Shown here: positions 8,840 to 17,749 of the stretch, one piece after another
How the letters are laid out: every line of letters starts with the position of its first letter
Numbering within the stretch: the stretch's first letter is position 1
Source: an uncultured Lentisphaeria bacterium
GTDB taxonomy: Bacteria; Verrucomicrobiota; Lentisphaeria; JABSQK01; JAJFLO01
Length of the DNA stretch: 32,000 bases
Direction: 5' to 3'
Assembly: GCA_951812855.1 (NCBI GenBank)
Contig: OX638337.1
Location: forward strand, 720,001-752,000
The notes under the pieces: model-generated
The model's input: the letters and a program-made list of their open reading frames with translations, nothing else
What the model was told of the DNA's origin: nothing
The model's database searches: none
Translations under genes and position numbers: made by a program

Positions 8840-9670
8840 TTATCCGCCTTGAATAAGAATTTGTCGCTGACATATTTTCCAAACTAATCGACCGATCAGC
8901 ATCGTGATAATCACCCATAGAAATTGTAGTGAAATGGCATAGACTAACCCACTGCCATCTAACCGGCCTAAATAAATTTTTAATGGTAAAAAAGCGATTG
9001 CCTGAAATGGTAGAAAAGCACTGAATTTCTGGAACCAGAGAGGAAACCAGTCTAATGGAATTAACAGTCCGGAAAGTAATTCAATAATCATATTTTTTGA
9101 ATATAAAATTCCACTTATTGACAGAAAAAAAATTGACAGCAGGCCGATGGTATAATTGATTCCTGAATATATAAGTACACTCAAGAAAGTACTCAGAATA
9201 AAAAAGAACATATGCACGGGACTTGCAGGACCTGAAATTGGAAACATGCAGGTCGTTACAATTATTATGGGGGGCGTAAATAGAACAATTCGAAATAAAC
9301 TTTGTCCGAGTCCACGTGCAAAACACATCAACTGAAAATCAATCGGCTTAATAAGATCCATCGCGACGTGACCTGACTTTACTTCTTCAGTCAATTCCCT
9401 GTCAATGTAGTTCAGGTAAAAACTCTTAGATATCCAGCCTATTGCAACATATGTCACCATTTGCTGTAAATCGTATCCATTTATTGTATGTGACTGATGG
9501 TATAACGCTTTGTATAAAAAATAATAAACGGAAACATGGATAATATAAGTAATAACCCCGATAAGATAGCTGACCCGGTAGGCGAGCATCTTATGAAATG
9601 ATATCCGCATGTATTCGTTATATTTGATGAAACCATCAATAACAGAGTCAGGAAAGCGGCGGGTTGACAT
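8840..9670 (-). CDS. ABC transporter permease (ABC-2-like, COG4587-type)
   Basis: 276-aa polytopic membrane protein. Its ATG (9670) directly abuts the stop codon of the upstream ATPase gene (9671-9673), so the two are translationally coupled. Confidence 0.75.
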   Translation of the reverse strand: MSTRRFPDSVIDGFIKYNEYMRISFHKMLAYRVSYLIGVITYIIHVSVYYFLYKALYHQSHTINGYDLQQMVTYVAIGWISKSFYLNYIDRELTEEVKSGHVAMDLIKPIDFQLMCFARGLGQSLFRIVLFTPPIIIVTTCMFPISGPASPVHMFFFILSTFLSVLIYSGINYTIGLLSIFFLSISGILYSKNMIIELLSGLLIPLDWFPLWFQKFSAFLPFQAIAFLPLKIYLGRLDGSGLVYAISLQFLWVIITMLIGRLVWKICQRQILIQGG

Positions 9671-10675
9671 TTAATTTTTCTTTCCCGAATAGATTCGTCC
9701 AACTATTTCTTCAATTGAGGGTTCTTCAATTGCTATATCATGGACCTCTACTTCCTTTATCACATTCTCTATAATTTTTGCCGGGTTTAGAGATTCATTG
9801 CTAAAATTTATTTTCAGCCTTAATTGATCCAGGCGTTCGAGGGTGACATTTCCGTCAAATTTTAGTTTTTGTTCTAAATTATCAAAATCAAAATTTTTTA
9901 TTAACTGAAATGTTATACTTCGATTGAGGGTGTAACAACTGCGCAGTCCGTCAATATCACCATCATATAATATTTTACCGTGATCAATTGTAATTAATCG
10001 TTTACATAATGCCTCGATCTCTTTCAAATCATGTGTGGTTAATATAATAGTTATTCCCAGTTCATTATTAATCTTTTCGAGAAATTGCCGGATACTGAGT
10101 TTTCCAATGATATCAAGTCCGATCGTTGGTTCGTCAAGAAATAATACATCCGGGTTGTGTAACAAGCTGGCAACTAAGTCACATCGCATTCTTTGTCCAA
10201 GGGATAATTTTCGAACCGGGATGTTTAATAGAGGTTTTAAGTCCAGAAGGTTCTTAAATTTAGAGAGCCGAGATTCATAGTGATCTTTTGGAATTTGATA
10301 AATTTTCCTGAGAAGTTTAAATGATTCAATGACGGGAATATCCCACCACAGCTGAGTGCGTTGTCCGAAAACGACGCCAATTTGCTTTGTATATTCATAA
10401 CGCTGTTTGTATGGAATCAAATTATTCACAACGAGACGACCCGATGTCGGAATAAGTATTCCGGTGAGCATTTTTATCGTTGTGCTCTTGCCGGCACCAT
10501 TGGGTCCAATATATCCGACTAATTCTCCAGAATTTATTGAAAATGAAATGTCATCAACAGCACGAATTTCATCATATTCGCGATAAATCATATTAACAAG
10601 TGCGCCTTTAAGACCCTCCTTACGCTTAAAGTTCTTATAAACTTTATTCAATTTTTCTACTTCAATCAGAGCCAT
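9671..10675 (-). CDS. ABC transporter ATP-binding protein (COG4586-type, with C-terminal extension)
   Basis: Walker A GPNGAGKST, signature LSLGQRMR, Walker B VLFLDEPTIGLD and H-loop TTHD are all present. 334 aa. Confidence 0.9.
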   Translation of the reverse strand: MALIEVEKLNKVYKNFKRKEGLKGALVNMIYREYDEIRAVDDISFSINSGELVGYIGPNGAGKSTTIKMLTGILIPTSGRLVVNNLIPYKQRYEYTKQIGVVFGQRTQLWWDIPVIESFKLLRKIYQIPKDHYESRLSKFKNLLDLKPLLNIPVRKLSLGQRMRCDLVASLLHNPDVLFLDEPTIGLDIIGKLSIRQFLEKINNELGITIILTTHDLKEIEALCKRLITIDHGKILYDGDIDGLRSCYTLNRSITFQLIKNFDFDNLEQKLKFDGNVTLERLDQLRLKINFSNESLNPAKIIENVIKEVEVHDIAIEEPSIEEIVGRIYSGKKN

Positions 10676-11007
10676 TTACTACTCTTAATTCTATTAGAAC
10701 TTGCCGGTTAAGTTGATTTTCTATGGTAACAGTTTCCTGGATATTTAAAAGAATCTACAGCGAAAATGGTGATCTCACAAAGGGATTAATGTTCGATGCA
10801 AACTCTGTGAATAGAATTGGTATGCACAGCATCTCATACTGAGGTGTCGTAATTATTCCGGGGCACTGTTGTGATATTTCCAATGATATGAATTGAGTGG
10901 ACAAACGTAGAAATAACACAAACCCGATATCGCGTTAAGCCGGTCAATCATTTGAACCCATAAAAGTAACGTATCATTAAGCAGGACTTAATATGTCGCT
11001 TTTTTCA

Positions 11008-12261
11008 TTAAAAAACAAAAGATTCGTTTTGCAGTCTATTCTTCAGCTCATTCAGGACACGTTCTTCATCTTCCCGGTTTTTAGCAATAAACGTGCCACT
11101 AAACCGGATGTAAGATCCTGCATCATCCCATGGAACTGTACTGATCAATTTTTCTTTTATTAACCATTGGCTAAATGCTTCTCCTGATTCAAATGCAGTG
11201 CCGTTACGTGTTCCTCCGGGTATGTTCACATAAAGGAAAAATGACCCTTCCGGAGCTTTTGCATTGAATCCGATTTCATTGAGTATATTCGTTAATGTCG
11301 TCAATCTCCGATTGTATTTTTCGCATATTTTCGGTGTTATTTCTGTATGATTTTCCAGTGCTTTAACTGCAGCCTTCTGGATGGCTGCAAACTGCCCGCT
11401 GTCGGCATTGTCTTTTACATGAGCAAAGGCGTTGACAGCCGGTGAATTACCACAGACCCAACCTAACCGCCAACCGGTCATATTGAACCCCTTGCTCATA
11501 CTGTGAAGTTCGATTGCTGTATCCATCGCACCTGGAATCGAAAGCAGACTCAAAGGGTTTCCTTTAAAGTTCAATGCAGCATACGGGGCATCTGATACAA
11601 TCAGAATTTTATTTTCTAATGCGAAATTAACAGCCTTTTGATAAAATTCCTTTGTTGCAACTGTGCCTGTTGGGTTATTCGGGTAATTCAGATAAAGTAA
11701 TTTTGCTCTCTTTGCGTGGTCTGGAGACAGACTCTCCAGGTCGGGGAAAAAATTGTTTTTATTTGTTAGTGGTAAATTGACAACATCTCCTCCCAGGTAT
11801 TTTGTCCATGTCCCCATCACGGGATATCCCGGAATAGTCATGATTGATAAATCTCCGGGATTTATAAAACAAGCGGGAATTAAAGTTAATGCAGATTTAC
11901 TCCCGATAGAATGACAAATGTTCTGTTGTGCATGTAAATCTACATTGAATAACTCTTTCATATATCGTTTAACTGCATTTCTGAATTCGTCGATACCATT
12001 GTCTGTATAGGTACGATTTTCCCATCTTGCAGCTTCTTCTGCTAAAGATGAAACAACTTCCGGGAATGCCATGTCATCGGGTTCGCCAACTCCCATGTCA
12101 ATAAGTTCGATCCCGGGATGCTTATCCATGGCTTCTCGTTTTGCTCTCTTAATTTTTTCGAATTTATAGACAGTATTGTCGGTTCCAAACGTGTTCCCGC
12201 CCAGGCGATCTGAAAAGTTCTCTTGTAAAAAACAATTATTCATAGCTAATTCCCATTTCAT
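11008..12261 (-). CDS. Class I/II PLP-dependent aminotransferase (AspC/DapL-like; exact specificity unresolved)
   Basis: MGVGEPD, NYPNNPTG and SMSKGFNMTGWRLGW (PLP-lysine motif) are present. 417 aa. An alternative start at the seventh codon (ATG 12243) is possible. Confidence 0.85.
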   Translation of the reverse strand: MKWELAMNNCFLQENFSDRLGGNTFGTDNTVYKFEKIKRAKREAMDKHPGIELIDMGVGEPDDMAFPEVVSSLAEEAARWENRTYTDNGIDEFRNAVKRYMKELFNVDLHAQQNICHSIGSKSALTLIPACFINPGDLSIMTIPGYPVMGTWTKYLGGDVVNLPLTNKNNFFPDLESLSPDHAKRAKLLYLNYPNNPTGTVATKEFYQKAVNFALENKILIVSDAPYAALNFKGNPLSLLSIPGAMDTAIELHSMSKGFNMTGWRLGWVCGNSPAVNAFAHVKDNADSGQFAAIQKAAVKALENHTEITPKICEKYNRRLTTLTNILNEIGFNAKAPEGSFFLYVNIPGGTRNGTAFESGEAFSQWLIKEKLISTVPWDDAGSYIRFSGTFIAKNREDEERVLNELKNRLQNESFVF

Positions 12262-12549
12262 TGTTTAAGCCTGAATTCAGAAGTTGATTCTCGGCATATT
12301 AAAGTTATTACGTGTCATTTAAATTTGTTGTTAAGACTTTGACGAACTTTCTGCAGGATGATTCAGGAGTGTCTGACAACTAATTCAAATCCAATAGATT
12401 ACTGCTGTTTACCTCAATCCTGCGTTGGATATTGTGTTAAGTAATTCGTTCAGACTGAGTTATAATTGATTTTTATTGAATGAATCACTACCTTAACCAT
12501 GAATGGATAGTTTTCTACTGAATCGATTATAAAAAATAATGAATTGTTG

Positions 12550-13244
12550 ATGTTAAATTTTTTGCCTGAAAAACCACAATTGCATTACTTTAAACTGATT
12601 GAATTTGTTGCTTGGAATCACAATAATTGTTACAGTATTGAGTCTTGTAATCCCGCTGTTATATAATGGAATCCAGGAGGCAAAGCAAACAAAGTGTTCT
12701 GCGAATTTAAAATCTGTCCGTACCCGGCTGCTTGTTTACTCTGAGTCAACAGATGGTAATCTTCCAGCCTACGAAGACGGTTGGGTTCAGCAAATAGGGT
12801 TCGATAGCGATGACAGTCGATCAGAAAAACAAACCAGAAGAAGAATTTTCCTGCCCCGACCAGCCTTTTAAATCATTAAAAAAAGATGTTTCACCCGGTG
12901 ATTATTAGCGGGGAACACACTACGGCATAAATCAGCATATTGCGTCAAAATTGAAAAATCAGTATAATGAATATTATCCGGAATGGTCGCAGGAAAATAT
13001 ATTCACTGTAGGGGATCCGGGTATTAAAGTTCTATTTGCAGATACGTCAGGCAGTAATTATTTTGGATTAGATGATCGTGATCCGACAATCGCCGGTATG
13101 AGTAAAGATGGAAATACCTGTGTTGATGCAATTCCGCCCAATCCTGCTGTTCCCTATCCATACTTGCGTCATAATAACGGAACCGGTAATTTAATTTTGG
13201 TTAACAGCAGTTACACTGGCAAGATACAGGACCTCAGAAACTGA
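12550..13244 (+). pseudogene. Decayed prepilin-type N-terminal cleavage/methylation-domain protein (type II secretion/type IV pilin-like pseudopilin)
   Basis: The ATG at 12550 gives MLNFLPEKPQLHYFKLIE. An extra T in the TTT run at 12604-12606 then shifts the frame. Skipping one T restores the hallmark FKLIELLLGITIIVTVLSLVIPLL...QEAKQTKCSANLKSV. A second frame change lies at about 12798-12871. An in-frame TAG is at 12906-12908 (..VSPGDY*RGTHYGIN..). The C-terminal LRHNNGTGNLILVNSSYTG resembles the usual H..G.N.lf.DGHV tail. The -1 Gly of the cleavage site is replaced by Tyr. Confidence 0.75.
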
Positions 13245-13373
13245 GTAGTTTTGGATTTAATTTTCTAAAATAATTAGAAATCCTATCAATTATCGCAATT
13301 GTAATAGAAACAGTTACTTCCCTATTTTTAATTAGTCATAGTCTATTCCATCAATTCCGATTGTACTCCATAA

Positions 13374-14264
13374 ATGATCTCATACATCGATCAATTCCTG
13401 ACTTATGCCAGTGTGGAAAAGGGTTTATCAAAAAACAGCCTTGAATCATATGGAACAGACCTAAAACAGTTTCTGAATTTTCTCAATGACAGTTCCATTT
13501 ATGAATGGTCAGACGTCTCCCGGGAAGACATCTTAAACTTTTTGGAACTGTCTTACACAAAAGAAAGTGCGACATCAACGATTGCCCGAAAACTGGTTAC
13601 GATTAAAGTTTTTTTCCGCTATCTATTTCAGGAGAGACTTGTTGGAATCAATATTACTGAAGTAATGGACAGTCCAAAATTATGGAGAATTCTGCCTGAT
13701 TTTCTGAATGAAATGGAAATCAAATCATTACTGAGAGTATACAGTAACAGCAGCTCACCTCTTGATTTCAGGAACAAAACGATTTTAGAATTGATTTACG
13801 CCTGTGGATTGAGGGTGAGCGAATTGGGAAATCTGAGATTGGATGATATAAAGTTTGATTTGGATGTGTTAAGAGTGACCGGAAAAGGAAATAAGACAAG
13901 AATTGTTCCATTTGGAAAGCCGGCCAAAAAAGTTTTAACACGATATATCAAGAAAATCAGACCGCTTTTGGAACGTAAGATTGGAGTTGCCAATGTTTTT
14001 TTATCAAACAACGGCAGACCATTGACACGAGCTCGAATCTGGGGCATTGTAAAAGATGCATCCCTTAAAGCCAGTATACGGAAGAATATATTCCCGCATA
14101 CCTTAAGACATTCGTTTGCCAGCCATTTACTGGCTAATGGTGCTGATTTACGCGTTATTCAGGAAATGCTGGGTCATGCGGATATCAGTACAACACAGAT
14201 TTATACCCATGTCGATCAATCACACCTTAGCCGGATACACAATAAATTCCATCCCAGAGACTAA
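13374..14264 (+). CDS. xerD: Site-specific tyrosine recombinase XerD
   Basis: The N-terminal FLTYASVEKGLSKNSLESYGTDLKQF is XerD-like (GLS.N.L.SY..DL). The C-terminal catalytic motifs are GLRVSEL, HTLRHSFASHLLANGADLRVIQEMLGHADISTTQIYTHV. Confidence 0.85.
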   Translation: MISYIDQFLTYASVEKGLSKNSLESYGTDLKQFLNFLNDSSIYEWSDVSREDILNFLELSYTKESATSTIARKLVTIKVFFRYLFQERLVGINITEVMDSPKLWRILPDFLNEMEIKSLLRVYSNSSSPLDFRNKTILELIYACGLRVSELGNLRLDDIKFDLDVLRVTGKGNKTRIVPFGKPAKKVLTRYIKKIRPLLERKIGVANVFLSNNGRPLTRARIWGIVKDASLKASIRKNIFPHTLRHSFASHLLANGADLRVIQEMLGHADISTTQIYTHVDQSHLSRIHNKFHPRD

Positions 14265-14363
14265 CTTTAACAACTATTCCTATCGTCATTTGATATTTAG
14301 GTTGTTGTTAATATTTTATAAACTTTTTCTTTTTTGCTATACCCAATAAGATGAAAGATTAAT

Positions 14364-16088
14364 ATGGACGATCAATTATTGCGACGCAGACACAGTGCTG
14401 CTCATTTAATGGCTGCTGCCGTTCAAAATCTGTTTGATGATGTTAAGTTTGATATCGGCCCTGCTACCGGAGAAGGGTTTTATTATGATTTCGACATGGA
14501 GCATCGACTCGTTCCCGATGACCTGCCTCGAATAGAGGAAGAAATGAGGAACCTTGCCCAAAAGAAATATCCTTTCATATGTACTGAACTATCCAGGGAT
14601 GAAGCAACAGAATCGCTAAACAATAATCATCAGAACTACAAAATTGAACGCCTCGGGGACATACCTGAAGGTGATAAAATTACCTTTTACCAGTGTGGTG
14701 AGTTTATCGATTTATGCCGAGGTCCTCATGTTGAACATACCGGGGAGATCGGTACATTTAAGTTATTATCAATAGCCGGATCCTATTATCGCGGGAATGA
14801 AAATAATCCAATGCTGCAACGCATCTATGGTACAGCATTTCATAACGAAAAAGGTTTAAGAGTATATCTCAAAAATTTGGAAGAAGCAAAGAAGCGGGAT
14901 CATCGTAAGATCAATACTGAGCTTGAACTGTACAGCGTATCCGAAGAGATCGGACCCGGATTGATTTTATGGCATCCAAATGGTGCACGGATTCGGAATG
15001 CGATAGAAAATTTTTGGAGAGATACACATTATAAGAACGGGTATGAAATGCTGTATACTCCGCATTTGGGGTTTGGTGAGCTCTGGCAGACCAGTGGTCA
15101 TCTGGATTTTTATAACGAAGCCATGTATGCACCATTACAGATTGATGAGCGAGACTATTATGTGAAACCGATGAATTGTCCGTTTCACATAAAGATTTAT
15201 CAATCAAGAAATCGATCCTATAAAGAACTGCCTGCACGATGGGCAGAATTCGGAACGGTTTATCGATATGAAAAAAGTGGCGTCATGCACGGCTTGTTCA
15301 GGGTTAGAGGTTTTACCCAGGATGACGCTCATATATTCTGTACACCTGACCAGGTTGACACTGAGATCTCAGAGGTATTACAATTTTGTTTGTTCATGTG
15401 GAAATCATTTGGTTTTAAAAACGTTAAAGCCTATTTATCAACACGACCTGAAAAAGCTGTCGGTCATGATGACGAATGGGAACATGCAACAAATTCTTTA
15501 AAAAAAGCAGTGGCAAATGCGAATCTTGAATGTGATGTTGATCCCGGCGGCGGTGCATTTTACGGACCGAAAATAGACTTAAAAATCAAGGATGCGATAG
15601 GCCGTGAATGGCAAACATCAACCATTCAGTTTGATTTTAATCTTCCTGAACGATTTAATCTTCATTATATCGGAGATGATGGAAAGAAGCACCGGCCCTA
15701 CATGATTCATCGGGCATTATTGGGTTCACTGGAACGGTTTTTTGGAATTTTAATCGAGCATTATGCAGGTGCATTTCCAACGTGGCTTGCTCCTGCTCAA
15801 GTACGTATTTTACCAATAACTGACGCCCAACATGAGTATGCCAATGAATTGTCATCACAGCTAACTGCAGATGACATCCGAGTTGAATGTGATTCTCGCA
15901 GTGAGGGATTAGGAGCGAAAATACGAAAAGCACGTAATGAACGAATACCTTATATGCTGATAATTGGTGAAAAAGAAATTGCAAACAATGTTGTGTCGGT
16001 CAGAAAACGGGGTGTAGGCGAAGCCGGAACACTAAGTATTGATGAGTTTAAGTCTCAGATCAAGAAAGAAATTGAAGAAAAAGAATAG
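14364..16088 (+). CDS. thrS: Threonine--tRNA ligase lacking the N-terminal TGS (N1) domain
   Basis: The protein starts about 10 residues before the editing-domain HSAAHLMAAAV (HxxxH) motif. Class II catalytic core motifs (FRVRGFTQDDAHIF, RPYMIHRALLGSLERF) and an anticodon-binding domain are present. 574 aa. Confidence 0.95.
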   Translation: MDDQLLRRRHSAAHLMAAAVQNLFDDVKFDIGPATGEGFYYDFDMEHRLVPDDLPRIEEEMRNLAQKKYPFICTELSRDEATESLNNNHQNYKIERLGDIPEGDKITFYQCGEFIDLCRGPHVEHTGEIGTFKLLSIAGSYYRGNENNPMLQRIYGTAFHNEKGLRVYLKNLEEAKKRDHRKINTELELYSVSEEIGPGLILWHPNGARIRNAIENFWRDTHYKNGYEMLYTPHLGFGELWQTSGHLDFYNEAMYAPLQIDERDYYVKPMNCPFHIKIYQSRNRSYKELPARWAEFGTVYRYEKSGVMHGLFRVRGFTQDDAHIFCTPDQVDTEISEVLQFCLFMWKSFGFKNVKAYLSTRPEKAVGHDDEWEHATNSLKKAVANANLECDVDPGGGAFYGPKIDLKIKDAIGREWQTSTIQFDFNLPERFNLHYIGDDGKKHRPYMIHRALLGSLERFFGILIEHYAGAFPTWLAPAQVRILPITDAQHEYANELSSQLTADDIRVECDSRSEGLGAKIRKARNERIPYMLIIGEKEIANNVVSVRKRGVGEAGTLSIDEFKSQIKKEIEEKE

Positions 16089-16316
16089 TTCGTTTGATTT
16101 TTTACGCTTCATAACTAATTTAACGTTGCCTGAATCCGTAAAAAAAAAATTGGCAATTGCAATCGCATTTCTCATTCGTAAAACGATAAGTATTATATAC
16201 TTAGCAATAGTAGTTCTGCGGCATTACCGAATAAATAGGTATTAGTCGTGTTCTAATGTTGGATTATATTCGTTTTGAATCCAGTAGACACTTTTAATAT
16301 CTGTTCATTAACTGTA

Positions 16317-16336
16317 AAGAGGAGGTTGATACTATT
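16317..16336 (+). promoter_or_regulatory. infC translation initiation region: strong Shine-Dalgarno plus non-canonical AUU start codon
   Basis: AAGAGGAGG lies at 16317-16325, followed by an 8-nt spacer and an in-frame ATT at 16334-16336. The frame is closed upstream by TAA at 16295-16297. Confidence 0.7.
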
Positions 16337-16852
16337 TCACGACTTATTAAACGAAACGATAAATCACTGGAAGCTCGTGATTTAAGAGTTGTTGATTTTG
16401 ATCATGAACAATTGGGTGTAATGCCTGTAGAAGATGCACTTAAATTAGCTGAAGAAAAAGGATTTGATTTGGTTTTAGTCGCAGAACAGTCAACACCGCC
16501 TGTCTGTCGCCTAATGAATTATGGTAAATTTACTTACGAAAAAAAGAAGCAGGTTCGCGGTCAGAAGAAGAAACAGCATAAACAGAAAAATAAAGAAATA
16601 AAATTTCACGCAAACATTGATCCTCACGATTATGAAATCAAAGTCAACCGCATAAAACACTTTTTGCAAAAAGGGTGTCGGGTCAAAGTTTCGCTGTTTT
16701 TTAGAGGCCGGGAATTAAGAAATACCGAAAAGGGTATGGAATTAATGGAACAGGTAAAAAGTGACATTACGAGTTTGGGAGTTGTTGACAGTCAACCCAA
16801 GATGGTTGGGCGAAACATCAGCATGCATATTGTCCCAATCAGCCATAAATAA
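16334..16852 (+). CDS. infC: Translation initiation factor IF-3 (AUU start)
   Basis: The track starts at an internal TTG (16412). The in-frame upstream sequence encodes the conserved IF-3 N-terminus ISRLIKRNDKSLEARDLRVVDFDHEQLGVMPVEDALKLAEEKGFDLVLV. This gives 172 aa from ATT 16334. Position after thrS and before rpmI-rplT is canonical. Confidence 0.9.
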   Translation: MSRLIKRNDKSLEARDLRVVDFDHEQLGVMPVEDALKLAEEKGFDLVLVAEQSTPPVCRLMNYGKFTYEKKKQVRGQKKKQHKQKNKEIKFHANIDPHDYEIKVNRIKHFLQKGCRVKVSLFFRGRELRNTEKGMELMEQVKSDITSLGVVDSQPKMVGRNISMHIVPISHK

Positions 16853-16884
16853 ATGGCCCAACAATTATATTAATGGAGATTTAA

Positions 16885-17088
16885 ATGCCAAAACAGAAAA
16901 CATGCAAAAGTGCATCAAAACGATTTAAGAAAACAGGAACTGGAAAAATTGTTCATTATCGTGCAGGGTTCCGTCATATTCTAACGAAAAAGTCATCTAA
17001 ACGGAAACGACGACTTGGTCAAAGCACACTTCTCAAATCCTCAGAAATGAGACGGATTAAAGATGCATTGCCCTATGGATTAGATTAA
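16885..17088 (+). CDS. rpmI: 50S ribosomal protein L35
   Basis: 67-aa basic protein MPKQKTCKSASKRFKKTGTGKI..., with a GGAG Shine-Dalgarno upstream. It sits between infC and rplT. Confidence 0.9.
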   Translation: MPKQKTCKSASKRFKKTGTGKIVHYRAGFRHILTKKSSKRKRRLGQSTLLKSSEMRRIKDALPYGLD

Positions 17089-17153
17089 TTCCAGTTCCCC
17101 CGGATTATTATATTTTGTTGTTATACGGTTTATTAAAATTAGGAGACAAGTAA

Positions 17154-17519
17154 ATGTCAAAGGTCGTTTGTTCCCCATCATCACGAAAGCGTCGGAAACG
17201 AGTATTAGATAGAGCAAAAGGGTTTCGTGGATCCAGAAGCAAGTTGATACGTACCGCATATGATGCCGTTGATCGTGCAAATGCCATGGCCTATACCGGC
17301 CGCAAACAAAAAAAACGTCAATATAGAAGGCTTTGGACGATTCGAATTAATGCAGCATGCAGACTGAATGGAATAAATTACAGTCAATTTATTTATGGGT
17401 TAAAACTTGCAAGTATTCAGCTTAATCGTAAAGTCCTGTCTGAAATTGCAATCAACGATCCAGATTCGTTTAAATCGCTTGTCAGTAAAGCAAGAAAAGC
17501 TATACCAAATACAAAGTAA
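17154..17519 (+). CDS. rplT: 50S ribosomal protein L20
   Basis: LDRAKGFRGSRSKLIRTA and RRLWIxRINAA-type motifs (RRLWTIRINAACRLNGINYSQFI) are present. AGGAG Shine-Dalgarno upstream. 121 aa. Confidence 0.9.
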   Translation: MSKVVCSPSSRKRRKRVLDRAKGFRGSRSKLIRTAYDAVDRANAMAYTGRKQKKRQYRRLWTIRINAACRLNGINYSQFIYGLKLASIQLNRKVLSEIAINDPDSFKSLVSKARKAIPNTK

Positions 17520-17749
17520 GCCTTTAACGACTCGGTCTGATCAAATAAATTCTGTGATTCACAGTGATTGTTCCAATACAAAGATTCATTGCTAATATGA
17601 ATTATTATCCATAAACGATTAAATCGTGATTATCAGAAACTCAGGATGAATGTAATATCCTTTAACCTAAGAGGCTTAGGTGTTGGTTTGGAGTTCCGCC
17701 TTCAATTTCAACCGGACCGGCACGATAGTAATCTATCATTTGCGTGAAT

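Noticed and set aside
14265-14363. Possible T-box or operator-type leader upstream of thrS
   Set aside because: The spacer is only 99 nt, AT-rich, and shows no specifier or antiterminator architecture. It is too short for a T-box.
14116-16245. Short ORFs flanking thrS (14116-14349 and 16039-16245)
   Set aside because: The first overlaps the xerD 3' end out of frame. The second spans the thrS stop and the AT-rich spacer. Neither has a motif or an RBS.
17666-17680. Small hairpins considered as intrinsic terminators. They are CCTAAG-agg-CTTAGG after rplT (17666-17680), TCATTT-attga-AAATGA between hemW and secG (24017-24033), and AATCGAT/ATCGATT after carB (29711-29734)
   Set aside because: The stems are only 6-7 bp, mostly A-T, and have poor or ambiguous U-tracts. 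They are plausible but not supportable as terminators without Term-seq or energy calculations.
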